Below, one piece after another: positions 30,110 to 38,021 of a stretch of 64,000 nt of DNA; the first letter of the stretch is position 1, and every line of letters begins with the position of its first letter. Below the pieces are notes generated by a model. It was not told where the DNA came from. It did no database searches and saw only the letters and a list, made by a program, of their open reading frames with translations. Source of the DNA: an uncultured Bacillales bacterium (lineage in GTDB: Bacteria > Bacillota_I > Bacilli_A > Acholeplasmatales > Anaeroplasmataceae); NCBI GenBank assembly GCA_946407635.1, contig CAMJOZ010000001.1, positions 2,763-66,762 of the forward strand. Direction: 5' to 3'. The position numbers were made by a program, and so were the translations under genes.

Positions 30110-30684
30110 TCTTTATTCTTATTTAATTCAATTGAATTATTAAATTCACCAATGTTATTAATAGCTGGTTCTAATCTTATAGCTATTAATGATGCTAAAA
30201 CTACACTTATAGAATCTTTTATAATAAATGGAGTAAATCCTACTTCTAAAACATATAAAATACTTGATGGTTTATCCATATAGAAATTTAAAATTAAATA
30301 CATATAAATTAAACCAACTATATCTATTACAATTAAACCTAATAATGCTTTAGGTATCAACATCCATTTATTTTTATTAAATAAATTAGATCCTGTTACA
30401 AAACTTGATAACATAAATCCAATTATAAAACCAAAAGATGGATAAAAAATATATTGATATCCTCCACCTGTAGAAAATACTGGAATACCTATTAAGCCCA
30501 TAACAATATATGTAAAAAATACTATCAAGGCTTTTTTCCACTTTAAAATCAAACCTATTGAAGCAACAGCGAATGTTTGAAGTGTTAAAAATATTATTCC
30601 AATATTAAATGAAATTTTAGAACATACAATTAATATGGCAAGCATCATTGCCATAATAGTTAAATCCTTAATTTTTATTTTCAT
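30106..30684 (-). CDS. bioY: Biotin transporter S component BioY
   Basis: 192 aa with 6 hydrophobic helices and LTLQTFAV...GYIIGF-like blocks. It overlaps birA by 17 nt. Confidence 0.85.
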   Translation of the reverse strand: MKIKIKDLTIMAMMLAILIVCSKISFNIGIIFLTLQTFAVASIGLILKWKKALIVFFTYIVMGLIGIPVFSTGGGYQYIFYPSFGFIIGFMLSSFVTGSNLFNKNKWMLIPKALLGLIVIDIVGLIYMYLILNFYMDKPSSILYVLEVGFTPFIIKDSISVVLASLIAIRLEPAINNIGEFNNSIELNKNKE

Positions 30685-31375
30685 ATTTTAACAACGATTC
30701 CTTAATATTAATTTCATCTGATGAAACAGTTATTTTACCTTTTAAATTTGATAATACTAAATGTCCATTTAAATCAATATCAACAACCTTATATGTTAAT
30801 CCTTGATAATAAACATCTTTATTAATAATAGTACTATAATCACGATATAGCTTAATTAAATCAGATTTATTTAAATCTAATAATTTATCAAATTCTTCTA
30901 TAATACTATCAATAATTTCAAATTTATCTTTATTTATATTTAAACCAACTCCATATAAAGATGGTTTATCAGTCATATTAATACCTATACCAACAATTGA
31001 AGCTACAAATTTAGAATTAAAAATATCTTCAATTAGAATGCCTGATAATTTTTTATTATTTAAATAAACATCATTAGGCCATTTAATACCAGCTTTAATA
31101 TTATATTTTTTTAATCCTAAACAAATAGCTAAAGGAGCTATAATTGCATAATTCTTATTTTCTTTTAATAAAATAGAGAAAATAATATCATTATTAGAAG
31201 ATTTCCAAATTCTATCATATCTTCCTCTTCCATTTGTTTGTTCTAAAGCAATTAAAATAGACTTATCCTTATAGCTTTTATAATTTTCTTTAAAATAAGT
31301 ATTCGTAGAAGGGATTGTATCAACTAAATAATATTCATATTTCAAATGAGGTCCTTTATTTAGTTTAGTAATCAT
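30668..31375 (-). CDS. birA: Biotin--[acetyl-CoA-carboxylase] ligase, class I (no N-terminal DNA-binding domain)
   Basis: 235 aa. Contains EQTNGRGRYDRIWKS and GIKWPNDVY. The protein starts directly with the catalytic domain. Confidence 0.88.
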   Translation of the reverse strand: MITKLNKGPHLKYEYYLVDTIPSTNTYFKENYKSYKDKSILIALEQTNGRGRYDRIWKSSNNDIIFSILLKENKNYAIIAPLAICLGLKKYNIKAGIKWPNDVYLNNKKLSGILIEDIFNSKFVASIVGIGINMTDKPSLYGVGLNINKDKFEIIDSIIEEFDKLLDLNKSDLIKLYRDYSTIINKDVYYQGLTYKVVDIDLNGHLVLSNLKGKITVSSDEINIKESLLKYENKN

Positions 31376-32280
31376 ATATTCTTTAAAGCCTCAACTGTCT
31401 TATTAAATGATTCAAAATCATTAACAGTATAAATATTTAATTTTCTATCAACTCTTTTAATAAAGCCAGATAAAGCTTTACCAGGACCAACCTCAATAAA
31501 TGTATCTACACCCTTATCAATTAAATATCTAATTGAATCTTCAAAATAAACACTATTATGAATTTGTGCTTCTAATAAATCATAAATAGGTCTTTCATCC
31601 TCTTTACCAGTGTAATTATAAATCATTTTATATTTTGGATTATTAACCTCATATTTATCTAATACTTTTCTTAATTCTTTAGATGCATCATCTAGTAATC
31701 TAGAATGGAAAGCTCCACTTACATTAAGTGGTATTAATTTTAAAGCTCCAAGCTTAGCCATATTTTCAACTGCTAAATCAACACCTTTATTATCACCAGT
31801 GATAACAATTTGTCCAGGACAATTGTAATTAGCAATTTGACATAAGCCCTCTTCTACTTTAATTCCTTCTAAAACTTGTTCTCTTGAAAGTCCAATGACA
31901 GCAACCATCTTAGATGTACCTAAAGGTAATGCATTTTGCATGATTTCACCACGACATTTAACTATTTCTAATACATCATCTAATTTCCAACAATCAGAAA
32001 AAGCAAGGGCACCATATTCACCTAAAGATAAACCACATGTATATTCAGGTTTTATACCACTTTTTTCTAATTCCTTAGCCATAACATATTCAGTTAATAA
32101 AATAGCCTTTTGAGCATAAACAGTTTGATTTAATACTTGATCTTTATCAATAAAGCATAAATCTCTTATTTCTGGATATCTATCATATAATTCTTTAGAT
32201 AATTCTAAATTATCATAAAAATCTTTACCCATTCCTTGATATTGACTGCCTTGGCCTGCAAAACAAAATGCAATTTTCAT
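31372..32280 (-). CDS. fabD: Malonyl-CoA:ACP transacylase
   Basis: 302 aa. Contains FAGQGSQYQGMG, GLSLGEY and VSGAFHS. Confidence 0.93.
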   Translation of the reverse strand: MKIAFCFAGQGSQYQGMGKDFYDNLELSKELYDRYPEIRDLCFIDKDQVLNQTVYAQKAILLTEYVMAKELEKSGIKPEYTCGLSLGEYGALAFSDCWKLDDVLEIVKCRGEIMQNALPLGTSKMVAVIGLSREQVLEGIKVEEGLCQIANYNCPGQIVITGDNKGVDLAVENMAKLGALKLIPLNVSGAFHSRLLDDASKELRKVLDKYEVNNPKYKMIYNYTGKEDERPIYDLLEAQIHNSVYFEDSIRYLIDKGVDTFIEVGPGKALSGFIKRVDRKLNIYTVNDFESFNKTVEALKNI

Positions 32281-33203
32281 TATCTTCCACTTCCAATTTT
32301 TCTATACTTTTCGTATCTATTATTAATTAATTCTTCATCACTTAGCTTTTCAAGCTCATCGATTTTATTAATTAATTTATTTTTTAATTCATTTGCGAAA
32401 TCATTTGATACATATCTAATTCCACCAAGAGGTTCATTTATTATTTCATCAGCGATTCCATAATCCTTTAAATCATGAGATGTTAATTTCATAACATCAC
32501 ATACTTCTGATACAGGAACCTTATCCTTAAATAGTATTGATGTAAATCCTTCAGGTGAAAGTACTGAATATATAGCATTTTCAAACATAAAAACATAATC
32601 AGAAACTGTTAAAGCTAAAGCTCCACCAGAACCACCTTCTGATAATATTATTGCGATAACAGGTGTTTTTAAACTAGAAAATTCTAATAAATTTTGAGCG
32701 ATAGCACGTGCTTGACCACGTTCTTCCGCACCCTTACCAGGATAAGCACCTGATGTATCAACGATTGTAATAATAGGTCTTCTAAATTTTTCAGCTTCTT
32801 TAGCTAATCTTAAGGTTTTTCTAAAACCTTCAGGTGAAGTCATACCAAAATTTCTTTTTAAATTATCATTTAAATTTTCACCCTTAGCTTGAGCTAAGAT
32901 AGTTACAGGCTTATCACCTAAAAAACCTATACCTGAAATAATTGATTGATCATCTGAAAAATATTGATCTCCATGAAGCTCAATAAAATCAGTAATCAAT
33001 TTATCAATTAATTGTTTAGCTCTTATTCTTTTTTCACTTCTAGCAATTAAAACTCTATCCCACGCACTTAAATTAGAATAAGTTTCAATTTTTAATTTTT
33101 TTAATTCTTCTTTAATTTCATTATATCTAGGATCATCACTTTCAAGATTTAATAATTCTTGTTCAAGTGAAGTAATCTTATTTTCATTTTCTGAGAGTAT
33201 CAT
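32280..33203 (-). CDS. accA: Acetyl-CoA carboxylase carboxyltransferase subunit alpha
   Basis: 307 aa. Contains RPIITIVDTSGAYPGKGAEERGQ and GEGGSGGALAL. Confidence 0.93.
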   Translation of the reverse strand: MILSENENKITSLEQELLNLESDDPRYNEIKEELKKLKIETYSNLSAWDRVLIARSEKRIRAKQLIDKLITDFIELHGDQYFSDDQSIISGIGFLGDKPVTILAQAKGENLNDNLKRNFGMTSPEGFRKTLRLAKEAEKFRRPIITIVDTSGAYPGKGAEERGQARAIAQNLLEFSSLKTPVIAIILSEGGSGGALALTVSDYVFMFENAIYSVLSPEGFTSILFKDKVPVSEVCDVMKLTSHDLKDYGIADEIINEPLGGIRYVSNDFANELKNKLINKIDELEKLSDEELINNRYEKYRKIGSGR

Positions 33204-33204
33204 A

Positions 33205-34080
33205 TTACTTATAATTATGAAGTCTTAAGATTGTACTTAAGTTCTTCTTTAAGTCCTTTCTATCAGAAATCATATCAATATAACCTTTTTCAAGTAAGAA
33301 TTCAGCAGTTTGGAATTCCTTTGGTAAAGTTTCTTTGATAGTTCTTTCGATAACTCTTTTTCCAGCAAAGCCTATAAGTGCATTAGGCTCTGATATTGTA
33401 ATATCAGCTAATGATGCAAATGATGCAGATACACCGCCTGTAGTAGGATCTGTCAATACAGCAATATATAAACCCTTTTCTTTATATCTAGCTAAAGCTT
33501 GGCTTGTTTTAGCCATTTGGAATAAGCTTATTACACCCTCTTGCATACGAGCACCACCAGAGCATGTAAAAATGATTAATGGTAGGTTTTCATCAGTTGC
33601 CATTTCGATTAATCTTGTGATTCTTTCACCACAGACACTACCCATAGAACCCATCATAAAGAATGAGTCCATAACACCAACTAAAACCTTAATACCATCA
33701 ATTGTTCCCTTAACACATAAAACAGATTCATCCTCACCTGTTAGCTTTTTGGCAGCCTCAAGCTTTTCTTCATATTCAGGGAAATCAAGATATTTTTCTT
33801 TAATATTCATGAATAATTCTTGATATCCTAAATCCATTAAATCGATAATTCTTTCTTTAGAAGTCAATCTTCCATGATAATTACAATAAGGACAAACCTT
33901 ATGATCTAAAATGAAATTATCTTTTAAAATAAATTTAGTACACTTAGGACATTTAACAATTAAATCATCAGGAATTTCTTTAGGAATAGATGTTTCATAT
34001 CTTTTCCTTAAATTTAATTCCTCTAAGGCTGTATTAAATTCAAGAATTTTCTCTTTTCTTTTATTGAACGAGTCTTGCAT
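33205..34080 (-). CDS. accD: Acetyl-CoA carboxylase carboxyltransferase subunit beta
   Basis: 291 aa. N-terminal Zn ribbon CPKC...CPYC, plus SGGARMQEG. Confidence 0.93.
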   Translation of the reverse strand: MQDSFNKRKEKILEFNTALEELNLRKRYETSIPKEIPDDLIVKCPKCTKFILKDNFILDHKVCPYCNYHGRLTSKERIIDLMDLGYQELFMNIKEKYLDFPEYEEKLEAAKKLTGEDESVLCVKGTIDGIKVLVGVMDSFFMMGSMGSVCGERITRLIEMATDENLPLIIFTCSGGARMQEGVISLFQMAKTSQALARYKEKGLYIAVLTDPTTGGVSASFASLADITISEPNALIGFAGKRVIERTIKETLPKEFQTAEFLLEKGYIDMISDRKDLKKNLSTILRLHNYK

Positions 34081-35428
34081 TCTCCTTCAACTCCTCTATA
34101 AATCCTTCTATAAATGATGTGTCGTAATGACCTAAAATAAATGTTGGATGGTGAAGTAAAACATAATGGAATTCAACTGTAGTTTTAATACCATCAATAA
34201 TTAATTCTTCTAGTGCTTCACGCATCTTTCTTATACATTCAAGTCTTGTTTTTGCAAAACAAATAACCTTTAAAATCATTGAATCATAATAAGGTGGAAT
34301 AACATATCCTGGATATACCGCAGAATCTATTCTTACACCCATTCCTCCAGGAACATGCATAAATGTAATCTTACCTGGATTTGGTCTGAAGTCATTATCC
34401 ATATCCTCTGCGTTAATTCTACATTCAATTGCATAACCAGAAAGCTTAATATCTTCTTGTTTATAAGCTAAAGGTAACCCATAAGCTATTTTAATCATGT
34501 TTTTAACTATATCAACGTTAGTTACAGCTTCAGTAACACAGTGTTCAACTTGAACACGAGTATTCATTTCAATGAAGTAATAATTTTCTTCACCATCAAC
34601 TAAAAATTCAATAGTACCAACACTATCATAGCCTACATATTTACAAGCCTTTAAAGCACTTTGATATAATTTATTTTTAAGATTTTGAGAAATACTAATA
34701 CAAGGAGCTTCCTCAACCATCTTTTGATTTCTTCTTTGTAATGAACAATTTCTTTCAAATAAATGAATACAGTTACCTAATTTATCACACATAATTTGAA
34801 CTTCAATGTGTTTAGGATGACTGATATATTTTTCAATATACAATTCATCATTAGAAAAGAATTTTAAAGCTTCTTCTTTAGCTTCATTAAATAATAATTC
34901 AAATTCATTCTTATTTTCAACTAGACGTATACCTTTTCCGCCACCACCAGCAGATGCTTTAATCAAAACAGGAAATCCTATAGATTCAGCTATTGCTAAA
35001 CCTTCTTCTTTATCAACTGCCTTATATGAACCTGGAACGATAGGAACACCAGCTTCTTTCATTAATCTAATAGCTTCACTTTTGTTACCCATTTTTTCCA
35101 TAACATCTGGATTAGGTCCAATAAATGTTAAACCACAAGTTTCAACCATTCTAGCAAATTGTGGATTTTCAGATAAAAAACCAAAACCTGGATGAATAGC
35201 ATCACATCCAGTTAAACAAGCAGCACTAATAATATTTTCAATATTTAAATAAGAATCTAAACTATTTTTATCGCCAATACATACTGCCTCATTAGCAAGT
35301 TCTCTATGTAAAGCATCCTCATCAGCCTTTGAATATACAGCAACTGTTTCAATACCTAATTCTTTACAAGCTCTAATGATTCTTACAGCAATTTCTCCAC
35401 GATTGGCAATTAATATTTTCTTAAACAT
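34061..35428 (-). CDS. accC: Biotin carboxylase
   Basis: 455 aa. Contains KILIANRGEIAVRI, GGGGKGIR and EMNTRVQVEH. Confidence 0.95.
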   Translation of the reverse strand: MFKKILIANRGEIAVRIIRACKELGIETVAVYSKADEDALHRELANEAVCIGDKNSLDSYLNIENIISAACLTGCDAIHPGFGFLSENPQFARMVETCGLTFIGPNPDVMEKMGNKSEAIRLMKEAGVPIVPGSYKAVDKEEGLAIAESIGFPVLIKASAGGGGKGIRLVENKNEFELLFNEAKEEALKFFSNDELYIEKYISHPKHIEVQIMCDKLGNCIHLFERNCSLQRRNQKMVEEAPCISISQNLKNKLYQSALKACKYVGYDSVGTIEFLVDGEENYYFIEMNTRVQVEHCVTEAVTNVDIVKNMIKIAYGLPLAYKQEDIKLSGYAIECRINAEDMDNDFRPNPGKITFMHVPGGMGVRIDSAVYPGYVIPPYYDSMILKVICFAKTRLECIRKMREALEELIIDGIKTTVEFHYVLLHHPTFILGHYDTSFIEGFIEELKENARLVQ

Positions 35429-35430
35429 AA

Positions 35431-35850
35431 TTAATCACCAATTACAAAAAGCTTCTTACCAAAATCAACCATATCACCATCAGAAGCACAGATTTCTTTT
35501 ACTGTACCTGAATATGATGATGTTATTTCATTCATAACCTTCATGGCTTCAATTATACAAAGCTTATCGCCCTTCTTAACTTTATCTCCAACATTAACAA
35601 AAGGCTTAGCATCCTTATATGGTGCTGAGTGGAATGTACCTACAAGTGGAGATGTAATAACATTACCACTTACTTCTACATTTTCTTCTTTCTTTTCTTC
35701 AGATTTAGCTTCAGTTTTTACTTCTTCTACTAATCTAGCACCACTATTTTTATCTAATTTAATTTTAAATCCATTTTCTTCAATTTCTAAATATGATAAT
35801 TGAGATTCTTCAAGCATATGGATTAGCTTTTCTATTTCTTCAAAATTCAT
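35431..35850 (-). CDS. accB: Biotin carboxyl carrier protein
   Basis: 139 aa with the biotinylation motif IIEAMKVMNEI. Confidence 0.92.
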   Translation of the reverse strand: MNFEEIEKLIHMLEESQLSYLEIEENGFKIKLDKNSGARLVEEVKTEAKSEEKKEENVEVSGNVITSPLVGTFHSAPYKDAKPFVNVGDKVKKGDKLCIIEAMKVMNEITSSYSGTVKEICASDGDMVDFGKKLFVIGD

Positions 35851-35855
35851 CTTAA

Positions 35856-36098
35856 TTAACCTCTTAGCTTTCTATTAACTAGATCAACAACATCTTGGAC
35901 TTTAATTAAGTCTTCCATTTCTTCAATTTGGATATTAATACTAAATTTTTCTTCAAGTTCTAGAATCATTTCTACAGCGTATAATGAATCTATATTTAAA
36001 TCATCTTTTAATATTGAATCAGGAGTAAAATCTGTAGTAACATTAGCACATTCGATTATTAATTTTTTAATATCTTCAAAACTAACTTCTTTTACCAT
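35856..36098 (-). CDS. Acyl carrier protein (ACP-2 of the operon)
   Basis: 80 aa. The phosphopantetheine site DLNIDSLYAVEMILELEEKF follows the DSL-type motif. Its start overlaps the upstream flavoprotein gene by 17 nt. Confidence 0.8.
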   Translation of the reverse strand: MVKEVSFEDIKKLIIECANVTTDFTPDSILKDDLNIDSLYAVEMILELEEKFSINIQIEEMEDLIKVQDVVDLVNRKLRG

Positions 36099-36831
36099 CT
36101 TTTTCCTCCTGCCAAAATTGATCTAAAAATATTTTATAAGCTCCGTCGCTAAATGGTGGTTTAGATAAATTAGATAATGTTTCCTTATCTAAATTACCAT
36201 TTTCCATAAAGCTTTTGCCAGCTTGAGAAAACTTAACTAAAAATCTGTTTAGCTTGTTTTCATTTTTAATATCAACTAATGTTTTTAATTGTGGAACAAA
36301 TATTCCGTAATACCCATCTTTACCACAAATAAAATCAAATTGAGCTTTTACAGAATCATAAACTAAATCAACCTCATTATAAGCACATGATGAAATTACA
36401 ACAAATCTTTTGTTTTCATCATAATATCTTAACCCATGTAATGATTCACCATTCTCTGGTGGTTTATGACCACGATATGTAAGCATCATTGACAAAAGTC
36501 TATCTGTGAATAATTTAAGAATGCCTGGCATACCAAAGAAAAATAATGGAAAGCTTTCAATAATTATATCAGCATTTAATATTTTTTCTTTTACCATTTT
36601 AATATCATCATCTCTGATGATGCATTCACCTTCAGTTCTACCCCAGCAAGATAAACAACCAAGACATGGTTTAAAATTTAATCTTTGAACATTAATGATT
36701 TCTAAATCATAATCTTCATATTCTTTCATGCCCTTTAAAAAAGCATTTGTGACAACCATTGTAGAACTATTTTCACATTTAGGACTTCCGTTAATAACAA
36801 GAACTTTTTTCTTCTTGTTTGAACCCCACAT
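36082..36831 (-). CDS. Flavodoxin-fold NAD(P)H-dependent FMN reductase-like protein with a compact Cys motif (iron-sulfur flavoprotein-like)
   Basis: 249 aa. KVLVINGSPK is a typical FMN-reductase N-terminus. CLGCLSCWGRTEGEC has CX2CX2CX7C spacing like the Isf-type [4Fe-4S] motif. It is embedded between fabZ and an ACP gene. Confidence 0.6.
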   Translation of the reverse strand: MWGSNKKKKVLVINGSPKCENSSTMVVTNAFLKGMKEYEDYDLEIINVQRLNFKPCLGCLSCWGRTEGECIIRDDDIKMVKEKILNADIIIESFPLFFFGMPGILKLFTDRLLSMMLTYRGHKPPENGESLHGLRYYDENKRFVVISSCAYNEVDLVYDSVKAQFDFICGKDGYYGIFVPQLKTLVDIKNENKLNRFLVKFSQAGKSFMENGNLDKETLSNLSKPPFSDGAYKIFLDQFWQEEKDGKRS

Positions 36832-36840
36832 AAAATCACC

Positions 36841-37287
36841 CTATCTACTATAAATAGTTTTTCTATCTACCTTAGTAAAAGTTAAAGTACCCTTTGAATA
36901 AACATTACCATCAACTAAAACCTTACAATCAAATGATGTAAGAGGTCCTAAAACCTTTGACTTGTTTACCTGTAATTCTAATATATCTCCAGGAATAACA
37001 GCCTTAACAAATTTAAAGTTATCAACCTTTAATAACACATAAATATTTTCTTCATCAGTTCCATCAGCTTCAAAAACTAATGAACATAATTGAGCACAAG
37101 ACTCAACAATTAATACACCTGGCATAATTGGAGAGCCAGGGAAATGACCCATAAAATATGGTTCATTTACAGAAACACATTTTCTTCCAATTGCACTTTC
37201 ATTTGGTACAATTTCTAAAACTCTATCAATCATTTGAAATGGTGGACGTTGTTTAATCTTTTCATTGATTTCATCAATTAAAATCAT
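36841..37287 (-). CDS. fabZ: 3-hydroxyacyl-ACP dehydratase FabZ
   Basis: 148 aa. Contains PPFQMIDRV and GHFPGSPIMPGVLIVESCAQL. Confidence 0.92.
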   Translation of the reverse strand: MILIDEINEKIKQRPPFQMIDRVLEIVPNESAIGRKCVSVNEPYFMGHFPGSPIMPGVLIVESCAQLCSLVFEADGTDEENIYVLLKVDNFKFVKAVIPGDILELQVNKSKVLGPLTSFDCKVLVDGNVYSKGTLTFTKVDRKTIYSR

Positions 37288-38012
37288 AGTGATAAACCTC
37301 CATCAATTGTAATGATTTCACCTGTAATATAATTTGCTTTGTCAGATGCTAGGAAAGAAACTAAATTAGCAACATCAGTAGCATTACCTAGCTTATGAGT
37401 TGGAATAACCTTTAAGTATTCTTCTTTCTTTTCTTCAGGAATAGCATTAAGCATTTCAGTTTCAATAAAACCAGGAGCAACAGCATTAACTCTAATACCA
37501 TAGCCACCTAATTCTTTAGCTAAAGTTCTTGTTAATTGATTAACAGCACCCTTAGTTGCACTATAAACTGCTTGACCAGGAAGTGAAAATTTACCACTTA
37601 CAGAAGACATATTAATAATTACGCCTTTTTTCTTTCTAAACATCTTCATAGCACAAGCTTGAGCACAATAAACATAGCCCTTAACATTTAATTCAAAACA
37701 CTCATCTAAGTTTTTCTTAGTAAGCATTAATAAATATTCATCTCTAACTATACCTGCATTATTAACTAACACATCAATTTGGCCATATGTTTTATAAACA
37801 TCTTTAACCATTTGATTAACTTCTTCTTGGTTTGAAACGTCAGCCTTATAAATCATTCCGTCTCCACCTTTAGATTTAATTAATTCTAAAACATCTTGTG
37901 CTTTAGCTTCATTATGTGAAAAGTTAATAACAACTGTATAACCATCTTCTGCTAATTTAATAGCGCATGCTCTACCAATACCACTAGAAGCACCTGTAAC
38001 AATAGCAATCAT
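37284..38012 (-). CDS. fabG: 3-oxoacyl-ACP reductase (SDR)
   Basis: 242 aa. Contains TGASSGIG, NNAG and the S...YSATK catalytic residues. Confidence 0.88.
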   Translation of the reverse strand: MIAIVTGASSGIGRACAIKLAEDGYTVVINFSHNEAKAQDVLELIKSKGGDGMIYKADVSNQEEVNQMVKDVYKTYGQIDVLVNNAGIVRDEYLLMLTKKNLDECFELNVKGYVYCAQACAMKMFRKKKGVIINMSSVSGKFSLPGQAVYSATKGAVNQLTRTLAKELGGYGIRVNAVAPGFIETEMLNAIPEEKKEEYLKVIPTHKLGNATDVANLVSFLASDKANYITGEIITIDGGLSL

Positions 38013-38021
38013 ATTATCCTC

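Noticed and set aside
30668-31375. BirA-operator-based regulation of the biotin/fatty-acid operon.
   Set aside because: This BirA starts directly with the catalytic domain and has no winged-helix N-terminal domain, so it cannot be the DNA-binding repressor. The palindromes found do not resemble bioO sites.
33335-33823. 162-aa plus-strand ORF, the longest of about 30 antisense or alternative-frame ORFs in the track. Others include 6516-6749, 6568-6783, 8296-8493, 19589-19882, 25150-25356, 31895-32113, 35543-35803, 38806-39018, 43496-43888, 44966-45391, 58261-58509, 59373-59564 and 59920-60444.
   Set aside because: Each lies entirely inside a well-supported minus-strand gene (here accD). They have low-complexity, Ser/Leu/Ile-rich compositions and no SD or promoter. 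Such shadow ORFs are expected in AT-rich DNA opposite real genes.
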